Source: Betaproteobacteria bacterium (GTDB taxonomy: Bacteria > Pseudomonadota > Gammaproteobacteria > Burkholderiales > SG8-41). Taken from it: DNA of 64,000 bases. Every line of letters starts with the position of its first letter. Position 1 is the first letter of the stretch. The notes under the pieces are model-generated. The model had not been told where the DNA came from, did not search any database, and was given only the letters and a program-made list of their open reading frames with translations. This document shows positions 57,935-64,000 of the stretch, piece after piece. The translations under genes and the position numbers were made by a program. The DNA lies in the NCBI GenBank assembly GCA_023266235.1, contig JAHFRL010000010.1, forward strand, positions 5,555-69,554, in the 5' to 3' direction.

Positions 57935-59431
57935 ATGTCACTCGCCGTTCTCTACAGCCGCTCCCTGGCCGGCATGGATGCGCCGTTGGTCACGGTCGAG
58001 GCGCACCTCGCCAACGGCCTGCCAAGCTTTACCATCGTCGGCCTGCCCGAGGCGGAGGTAAAGGAGGCCAAGGACCGCGTGCGCGCCGCATTGCAGAATG
58101 CGCGCTTCGAATTTCCGGCACGGCGCATCACCGTCAATCTCGCGCCCGCGGATCTGCCGAAGGAGAGCGGTCGATTCGATCTGCCGATTGCGCTCGGCAT
58201 CCTCGCGGCATCGGGTCAGATCCCCGCCGATCGCCTTGGCGAGTACGAATTCGCCGGCGAGCTCGCATTGACGGGGGACTTGCGTCCGATCCGCGGCACG
58301 CTGGCGATGATGTGCGGCACGAATCGTGACCACCGCGCGTTCGTCGTGCCGCACGAAAACGCGCCCGAGGCGGCACTCGTCGATGGCGCGCAGGTTTACG
58401 CCGCGCGCACCTTGCTCGAGGTATGCGCGCATCTCGCCGGCCGTGCAGCACTCACGCTATGCAGCGACAAACCCGCGGCGCAGCACCAACCCTATCCCGA
58501 TCTGCTCGATGTCAAGGGCCAAACTCAGGCCAAGCGCGCGCTCGAAATCGCGGCTGCGGGCGGCCACAGCCTGATCATGATCGGTCCGCCGGGCAGCGGC
58601 AAGACCATGCTCGCGACGCGCCTGCCCGGCATCCTGCCGCCGATGACGCAGGCGGAAGCGCTCGCGTCGGCAGCGGTTCAATCGCTGGGCAGCGCCGGTT
58701 TCGATGTGCGCAACTGGCGGCGGCGTCCGTTTCGCGCGCCGCATCACACCGCGTCAGGGGTGGCGCTGGTCGGCGGCGGCAGCAATCCGCGGCCGGGAGA
58801 AATCTCGATGGCGATGCACGGCGTGCTGTTTCTCGACGAGTTGCCCGAGTTCGGCCGCAAAGTGCTGGAAGTATTGCGCGAACCGCTCGAATCGGGACGC
58901 ATCAGCGTGGCGCGCGCGGCGCGTCAGGCGGAATTTCCGGCGCAGTTCCAACTGGTCGCGGCGATGAACCCGTGTGCGTGCGGCTATCTCGGCCATTACA
59001 GCGGCAAATGCCGCTGCACGCCGGACCAGGTCGCGCGCTACCGCAGCAAGATCTCGGGGCCGTTGCTCGACCGTATCGACTTGCAGATCGAGGTGCCGGC
59101 GGTCGCGCAGCAGGATCTGGCGCGCAATGCGGGCGGCGCATCAAGCGATACCGTGCGCGTGCACGTCGCCGCTGCGCACGATAGCCAGCTCGAGCGTCAA
59201 GGGAAGCCCAATTCGCAATTGACGACGCGCGAGATCGACCTGCATTGCGTCCCCGATGAAGCTGGCGCGACGCTGCTCAAGCAGGCGATCAGCCGGCTCG
59301 GGCTGTCGGCGCGCGCTTATCACCGCGTGCTCAAAGTCGCGCGCACCATCGCCGATCTTAACGGCGACAGCGCGATTGCAGGCGGCCAGGTCGCGGAAGC
59401 CATTCAGTATCGACGTTTCGACCGGCACTGA
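57935..59431 (+). CDS. comM: YifB/ComM family Mg-chelatase-like AAA+ ATPase
   Basis: GLPSFTIVGLPEAEVKEAKDRV, GPPGSGKTMLA, GVLFLDELPEF, CPCGY-like CACGYLG, ARAYHRVLKVARTIADL. Confidence 0.85.
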   Translation: MSLAVLYSRSLAGMDAPLVTVEAHLANGLPSFTIVGLPEAEVKEAKDRVRAALQNARFEFPARRITVNLAPADLPKESGRFDLPIALGILAASGQIPADRLGEYEFAGELALTGDLRPIRGTLAMMCGTNRDHRAFVVPHENAPEAALVDGAQVYAARTLLEVCAHLAGRAALTLCSDKPAAQHQPYPDLLDVKGQTQAKRALEIAAAGGHSLIMIGPPGSGKTMLATRLPGILPPMTQAEALASAAVQSLGSAGFDVRNWRRRPFRAPHHTASGVALVGGGSNPRPGEISMAMHGVLFLDELPEFGRKVLEVLREPLESGRISVARAARQAEFPAQFQLVAAMNPCACGYLGHYSGKCRCTPDQVARYRSKISGPLLDRIDLQIEVPAVAQQDLARNAGGASSDTVRVHVAAAHDSQLERQGKPNSQLTTREIDLHCVPDEAGATLLKQAISRLGLSARAYHRVLKVARTIADLNGDSAIAGGQVAEAIQYRRFDRH

Positions 59432-59552
59432 CCCGGGATGGACCGGGTGCTCGTCTATAATCGCGGGATGTCTCTCTTCCGATCGGACGCGCTGTTCGCT
59501 GCGATCGCCGCGCAACGCGAGTTCGTCGCGGGCTGAGGCAGTCCGCTCACGC

Positions 59553-60776
59553 ATGACGAACCTGACACCGGGACAACGGGCCGACCGCGACACGCTGCTG
59601 CTCGCTGCGATCCTCGCCGGTCTCGCGACGCTCGGGCCGTTCTCGATCGACACCTATATGCCGTCGTTTCCGTCGATCGGGCGCAGCCTCGGCGCGACGA
59701 CGCTGCAGGTGCAGCAGACGTTGTCCGCCTACCTGCTCCCGTTCGCGTTCATGATGCTGTTCCACGGTGCGCTCACCGACTCGTTCGGCCGCCGCCCGGT
59801 CATCCTGGTCGGCCTGGTGATTTTCGCGCTGGCCTCGGTCGGCTGCGCGCTGGCGCAAAGCCTGCCGCAGATGCTGGTGTTCCGCGCGTTGCAGGGAATG
59901 TCGGCGGGCACCGGCATGGTCGCGGGGCGTGCGATGATCCGCGACATCTACGCCGGGCATCAGGCGCAACGCGTGATGTCGATGGTGACGATGATCTTCG
60001 GCCTCGCGCCGGCGATCGCGCCGATCATGGGCGGCTGGTTCGAGGTGTGGTTCGGCTGGCGTTCGATTTTCGTGTTTCTGACACTGTTCGCCGCGCTGCT
60101 TTTCGTCAGTTGCTATTTCCAGCTCGAGGAATCCCTGCCGGCCGCGGCGCGGCAACCCTTCGCGCCGCGGCCGCTGCTGCTGAGCTATTTCAAGCTGCTC
60201 GGCAGCCTGCGTTTCGCGCTGCTGTCCTCGACGATCGCGTTCAACTTCGTGGGATTTTTTCTCTACATCGCATCCGCGCCGGCGGTAATCTACAATCTGC
60301 TGGGGCTCAACGCCAACCAGTTTGCGTGGCTGTTCGTCCCCGGCATCTCGGGGGTGATCCTCGGCGCGTTCCTGTCCGGCCGGCTCGCCGGCAAGCTGTC
60401 GCCGCGGCGCACGGTGCGCTTTGGCTATTTTGTAATGTTCGGCGCCGCGCTGTTCAACCTTGCCTATAACGCGCTGCTGCCGCCCGCGCTGCCGTGGACG
60501 GTGCTGCCGGTGATGGTTTATAGCGCCGGCATGGCGCTCGCGATGCCCAGCATCACGCTGCTGGTGCTCGACCTGTTTCCCGAGAACCGCGGGCTCGCGG
60601 CTTCGCTGCAGGGCGCGCAACACAGCTTCTTTACCGGGCTCACGGCCGGCTTGCTGTCGCCGCTTGTATCGGGCACCGCGATCGGCCTGGCGGGCGGCAT
60701 GGCGGCGCTGCTGGGATGCGGATTCGCGTGCTGGTTCGCTTATACGTGGAGCACGCAAACGGAGAGAGTCGCATGA
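59553..60776 (+). CDS. Bcr/CflA-family MFS drug resistance transporter
   Basis: LGPFSIDTYMPSFPSIGRSLGA, DSFGRRPVIL, and 12 TM segments. Start moved to ATG 59553. Confidence 0.75.
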   Translation: MTNLTPGQRADRDTLLLAAILAGLATLGPFSIDTYMPSFPSIGRSLGATTLQVQQTLSAYLLPFAFMMLFHGALTDSFGRRPVILVGLVIFALASVGCALAQSLPQMLVFRALQGMSAGTGMVAGRAMIRDIYAGHQAQRVMSMVTMIFGLAPAIAPIMGGWFEVWFGWRSIFVFLTLFAALLFVSCYFQLEESLPAAARQPFAPRPLLLSYFKLLGSLRFALLSSTIAFNFVGFFLYIASAPAVIYNLLGLNANQFAWLFVPGISGVILGAFLSGRLAGKLSPRRTVRFGYFVMFGAALFNLAYNALLPPALPWTVLPVMVYSAGMALAMPSITLLVLDLFPENRGLAASLQGAQHSFFTGLTAGLLSPLVSGTAIGLAGGMAALLGCGFACWFAYTWSTQTERVA

Positions 60777-61804
60777 ACGAACTATCGGGCTGGGCCGAGG
60801 AAAAGCGCGCCGCGTATCTGTATCGCGTGGTCGCCGAGTGCGAAGCCGGCTCGCCGCGCGAGAAGCTGTTCCTCGGGCTCGCCGCGGAAGCGGAAAGCCA
60901 GGCTGCAATCTGGGAAAAAAAAGCGCGCGCCGCGGGCGCGGCCGTGCCGCAGGGCTATGTTCCCGATGTGCGTGCGCGCGTCGTCGCAGGGCTGGTGCGG
61001 CGCCACGGGCCGCGGCGCCTGCGCGGCATGCTGGCAGCGATGAAAGTGCGCGGCATGTCGGTGTACGCGAGCGGCGGCTCGGGGCGGGTGTTCCCGCATC
61101 ATCTCGACGACGTCGGCCACCACCGCGGATTGTCCGGCGGCGGCAATCTGCGCGCGGCGGTTTTCGGCGTGAACGATGGACTGATCTCGAACGCGAGCCT
61201 GATCATGGGCGTCGCCGGCGCGAGCGCCGACAGCGCAATGATCGTGCTGACCGGCGTCGCGGGGCTGGTGGCCGGCGCGTTCTCGATGGCGGCCGGCGAA
61301 TACGTGTCGGTGCGTTCGCAGCGCGAAATGTACGAATACCAGATCGGACTCGAGCGCGATGAGCTTGCCGAATATCCCGAAGAAGAAGCGCGCGAGCTCA
61401 CGCTGATCTACGAGGCGCGCGGCATCGCGCCTGACGAAGCGCGGCGCCTGGCGCAGACAATCATCACCGATCCCGAGCAGGCGCTCGACACGCTCGCGCG
61501 CGAGGAACTGGGCCTGAATCCCGAGGACCTCGGCTCGCCGTGGGGGGCCGCAACGTTCTCATTCATGTCGTTCGCCGCCGGCAGCGCGATACCGCTGCTG
61601 CCGTTTTTGCTCGGCCTGGGTAGCGCGAGCTTGCCAACAGCGATCGCGCTGACCGCAGCCGCGCTGTTCGCGGTCGGCGCGACGCTATCGCTGTTCACCG
61701 GGCGTAGCGCGCTTGCCAGCGGCCTGCGCATGCTCGCCATCGGCGCCGCCGCGGGCGGCGTGACTTACCTGGTGGGAAAAATGCTGGGTATCAGCCTGGC
61801 GTAA
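60773..61804 (+). CDS. VIT1/CCC1-family iron/manganese transporter with N-terminal ferritin/rubrerythrin-like domain
   Basis: EKRAAYLYRVVAE...LAAEAESQAAIW at the N-terminus. The VIT1 core reads LRAAVFGVNDGLISNASLIMGVAG and EYVSVRSQRE. ATGA overlap with the bcr-like gene. Confidence 0.75.
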   Translation: MNELSGWAEEKRAAYLYRVVAECEAGSPREKLFLGLAAEAESQAAIWEKKARAAGAAVPQGYVPDVRARVVAGLVRRHGPRRLRGMLAAMKVRGMSVYASGGSGRVFPHHLDDVGHHRGLSGGGNLRAAVFGVNDGLISNASLIMGVAGASADSAMIVLTGVAGLVAGAFSMAAGEYVSVRSQREMYEYQIGLERDELAEYPEEEARELTLIYEARGIAPDEARRLAQTIITDPEQALDTLAREELGLNPEDLGSPWGAATFSFMSFAAGSAIPLLPFLLGLGSASLPTAIALTAAALFAVGATLSLFTGRSALASGLRMLAIGAAAGGVTYLVGKMLGISLA

Positions 61805-61810
61805 CAAGCG

Positions 61811-61886
61811 GGATTGAGGATCGAGGATTGAGGATCGAGGAAAAAGCGAAACGCTCTGCTTCTACTCAATCCTCGATCCTCAATCC
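61811..61886 (+). repeat. GGATTGA/GGATCGA inverted heptamer element, copy 1 (upstream of the DUF1847 gene)
   Basis: The left arm is ggattgaggatcgaggattgaggatcgagg, the spacer is aaaaagcgaaacgctctgcttctac, and the right arm is tcaatcctcgatcctcaatcc. Confidence 0.9.
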
Positions 61887-62002
61887 TGCCTTTAACCTCG
61901 CTCCCGGCGGGCAACCCCAGTGGCAGTTTGATCTAGATCAGAGTTCCTCGTCATGGAACGCCTAGACTGATGTGAACCGCTGCATCGATGGGAGGAGTAA
62001 TC

Positions 62003-62707
62003 ATGAAATACGAAGATCCCGCGTGTGCCTATTGTCCGCCGACCGTCCGCGCCTGCCGCCAAGGTGAAGCTGAAGAGCGCGGCCCCGGCTTTTGCCCGAC
62101 CAAGGTCGACCCCGAAACCCAGCACGTCGCGCGCGCGCTGTATGACGACCCGGAAACCCGCAAGGTCTCGCGCGAATCCGCGCTGGTCGAGTCCGAAGGT
62201 TACTGCAAGTGGACGCGGGTCGAAGAGATCGTCCAGTTCGCCAGGCGCATGGGCTACAAAAAAATCGGCATCGCGAACTGCATCAGCTTCGTCGATCACG
62301 CATACGTGCTCTCCGGCATCCTCGAGAGCCACGGCTTCGAGGTCGTGTCGGTCGCCTGCAAGAACGACAGCATCCCGAAGGAAGAGCTGGGGATCGCCGA
62401 TCACGAGAAAATCCGTCCCGGCCAGTTCGAGGCGCTCTGCAATCCGGTGAGCCAGGCCGAGATGCTGAACGCCCACGGCTGCGAGTTCAATGTCGTGCTG
62501 GGGCTATGCATCGGACACGACAGCCTGTTCTTCAAGCATGCCAAGGGACTGACGACCGTGCTGGTCGCCAAAGACCGCGTGCTCGGCCACAACCCGGTGG
62601 CGGCGCTGCAGCTGGCAGACACCTATTACAGCCGCTTGTGGGGACCGCTCAAGCCGGCGAAACCGCGGAAGCTTCCGCCCGCGGGCCGGCGTGACAAGCA
62701 GGATTGA
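62003..62707 (+). CDS. DUF1847 family Cys-rich (metal-binding) protein
   Basis: MKYEDPACAYCPPTVRACRQGE...GFCPTKV, ANCISF, VACKNDS and LGLCIGHDSLF match my recollection of DUF1847. GGGAGGAG lies upstream of ATG 62003. Confidence 0.7.
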   Translation: MKYEDPACAYCPPTVRACRQGEAEERGPGFCPTKVDPETQHVARALYDDPETRKVSRESALVESEGYCKWTRVEEIVQFARRMGYKKIGIANCISFVDHAYVLSGILESHGFEVVSVACKNDSIPKEELGIADHEKIRPGQFEALCNPVSQAEMLNAHGCEFNVVLGLCIGHDSLFFKHAKGLTTVLVAKDRVLGHNPVAALQLADTYYSRLWGPLKPAKPRKLPPAGRRDKQD

Positions 62708-62769
62708 GGATTGAGGATCGAGGATTGAGGAAAAAGCGAAACGCGCTGCTTCTACTCAATCCTCAATCC
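62701..62769 (+). repeat. GGATTGA/GGATCGA inverted heptamer element, copy 2 (covers the DUF1847 TGA)
   Basis: The left arm is ggattgaggattgaggatcgaggattgagg. The spacer aaaaagcgaaacgcgctgcttctac is 24/25 identical to copy 1. The right arm is tcaatcctcaatcc. Confidence 0.9.
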
Positions 62770-62774
62770 TGCTC

Positions 62775-63161
62775 TTAACATTGCTCCCACGGCAGCCCTT
62801 CAAACCGCCAGCCGGTCCTGGCGCCGCGATGGTGGTCGGCGTCGAGTTCCCCTTCGAAGCCGTGCAGCACGTTGTAGACCTTGCTGAAGCCGGCCTCCTC
62901 GAGCGCGCGGCCGGCGTCGAGCGAGCGGTTGCCGCTGCGGCAGATCAATATTATCGGGCGGTTGACGCTGGTGGCTTTTTTCACGTGCGCGACGAACTCC
63001 GGATTGATGTCCCAGTTCGGGCCGTCGTTCCATGCGACATGAATCGCGCCTGCCGGGTGGCCGACGAACAGGTACTCCATTTCGCTGCGGCAGTCGATGA
63101 ATACCGCATCCGGGTTCTTGTGCAGGAATTCGTAGGCCTGCTTGGGTTCGAGGTGATCCAT
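62775..63161 (-). CDS. Rhodanese-like domain protein (single domain sulfurtransferase)
   Basis: VFIDCRSEMEY, ILICRSGNRSLDA (active-site Cys loop CRSGNRS). Confidence 0.85.
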   Translation of the reverse strand: MDHLEPKQAYEFLHKNPDAVFIDCRSEMEYLFVGHPAGAIHVAWNDGPNWDINPEFVAHVKKATSVNRPIILICRSGNRSLDAGRALEEAGFSKVYNVLHGFEGELDADHHRGARTGWRFEGLPWEQC

Positions 63162-63292
63162 GCCGATATTGATGGTTATGAAAGGCCGCTAGTATATCGC
63201 CGCGCGTGAACCGCGGCGAATCGGCGCCGCCGCGCGTGAACCGCTGCGGCGTTGATTGACAACTCAGCCTTCTGCGCGTAACCTTTTAATTC

Positions 63293-63378
63293 TGCGCCGA
63301 TTTCGAGCATTGCTTGCGGGCGCCGCCGGTGAGGTTGACGTGACTTCGGCCGGGTGTCTAAACAAATCCTGCTAAGCG
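63293..63378 (+). promoter_or_regulatory. Candidate SAM-responsive leader (same motif as the metX leader, with an inserted hairpin) upstream of metH
   Basis: GCGCCGAUUUCGAGCAUUGCUUGCGGGCGCC, then hairpin GCCGGUGAGGUUGACGUGACUUCGGCCGGG, then UGUCUAAACAAAUCCUGCUAAGCGG. Confidence 0.45.
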
Positions 63379-63383
63379 GCGTG

Positions 63384-63420
63384 ACCCGATCGGCGCCCGC
63401 GGATCGGGTTTTTTATTTTT
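63384..63420 (+). terminator. Intrinsic terminator / attenuator just upstream of the metH ATG
   Basis: ACCCGAUC-GGCGCCCGCG-GAUCGGGU followed by UUUUUAUUUUU. The ATG is at 63430. Confidence 0.6.
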
Positions 63421-63429
63421 GCTTTCGGC

Positions 63430-64000
63430 ATGCATCGTTCAGACGCATTGGTCAGGCTGCTCACGGAGCGCATCGTCATCCTCGACGGCGCGGTGGGCAC
63501 CATGATCCAGGGCTGCAAACTCAATGAGGCGGGCTATCGCGGTCTGCGCTTCAAGGATTTCGCGCGCGACCTCAAGGGCAACAACGACCTGCTCACGTTG
63601 ACGCAGCCGCGGATCATCCGCGAGATTCACGTGCAATATCTCGCGGCCGGCGCCGATATCATCGAGACCAACACTTTCAACTCGACGGGAATCGCGCAGG
63701 CCGATTACGCGCTGGAACACCTGGTGCACGAGTTGAACTGTGAGGCGGCGAAACTCGCGCGCTCCGTCGCCGATGAGTTCGAGCGTAAAGACGGCCGGCC
63801 GCGTTTCGTCGCCGGGGCGCTCGGGCCGACCAACCGCACCGCGTCGATTTCGCCCGATGTCAACGACCCCGCTTTCCGCAACGTCACGTTCGACCAACTC
63901 GTCGCCGCTTACACCGAAGCGGTGCACGGCCTCAGCGAAGGCGGTGTCGATCTGCTGCTGCTCGAGACCATTTTCGACACGCTAAACGCAAAAGCCGCGC
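63430..64000 (+). CDS. metH: Methionine synthase (cobalamin-dependent) MetH, N-terminal Hcy-binding domain; continues beyond the window
   Basis: My own translation gives [27 protein letters not shown]...[32 protein letters not shown]...[27 protein letters not shown]. It is not in the ORF track because it is open-ended. Confidence 0.9.
   Translation, partial: MHRSDALVRLLTERIVILDGAVGTMIQGCKLNEAGYRGLRFKDFARDLKGNNDLLTLTQPRIIREIHVQYLAAGADIIETNTFNSTGIAQADYALEHLVHELNCEAAKLARSVADEFERKDGRPRFVAGALGPTNRTASISPDVNDPAFRNVTFDQLVAAYTEAVHGLSEGGVDLLLLETIFDTLNAKAA

Noticed and set aside
59547-60908. 453-aa minus-strand ORF
   Set aside because: It is antisense to the Bcr/CflA MFS transporter and the start of the VIT1 gene. 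It is extremely Arg-rich.

Overview
This is a high-GC chromosomal segment (roughly 65% in the stretches I counted by hand). Gene content and order look beta-proteobacterial, which is inference. About 60 densely packed housekeeping genes can be called.

Main gene groups:
- Methionine/SAM cycle: ahcY-metF behind a clear SAH riboswitch, plus metK, metXW and the start of metH.
- Cell shape: mreBCD-mrdA-rodA-rlpA.
- Other core functions: gatCAB, hslVU, dapF-DUF484-xerC, pyrE, xthA, ampG, a PTS EIIA(Man)-HPr-EI trio, gshA-gshB, and porin-glnK-amtB.
- A metal-homeostasis cluster: outer-membrane protein, ZnuA-like and ZnuB-like proteins and a CDF exporter.
- A Hanks kinase operon convergent with an FHA-adenylate cyclase.

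I saw no rRNA, tRNA, CRISPR array, transposase or phage integrase.

Non-routine content, most interesting first:
1. A low-GC four-gene operon (13077-15414) sits between ahcY and metK. It starts with a Panacea/DUF4065 antitoxin-type protein, followed by a TIGR04255-like protein and two orphan proteins. It is a candidate novel toxin-antitoxin or defence module.
2. At least 17 intergenic elements are built from tandem 7-nt units (GTGAAGG, GGTGAAT, GGAGGCG, GGATTGA and others). Most form inverted arms, begin on or next to stop codons, and point in the direction of transcription.
3. A 1.6-kb GGDEF + XRE-HTH module is flanked by a 63-bp, 94%-identical duplication of the rlpA 3' end.
4. A Ser/Thr kinase has a large periplasmic domain that looks CsgG-like. 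It shares an operon with two free-standing CsgG-like proteins.
5. A leader motif plus terminator is shared upstream of metX and metH and may be a SAM-II-like riboswitch.
6. A Cro/YdaS-like HTH reading frame runs in frame into an aminotransferase gene.

All family assignments come from reading the translations by eye. No searches were run.
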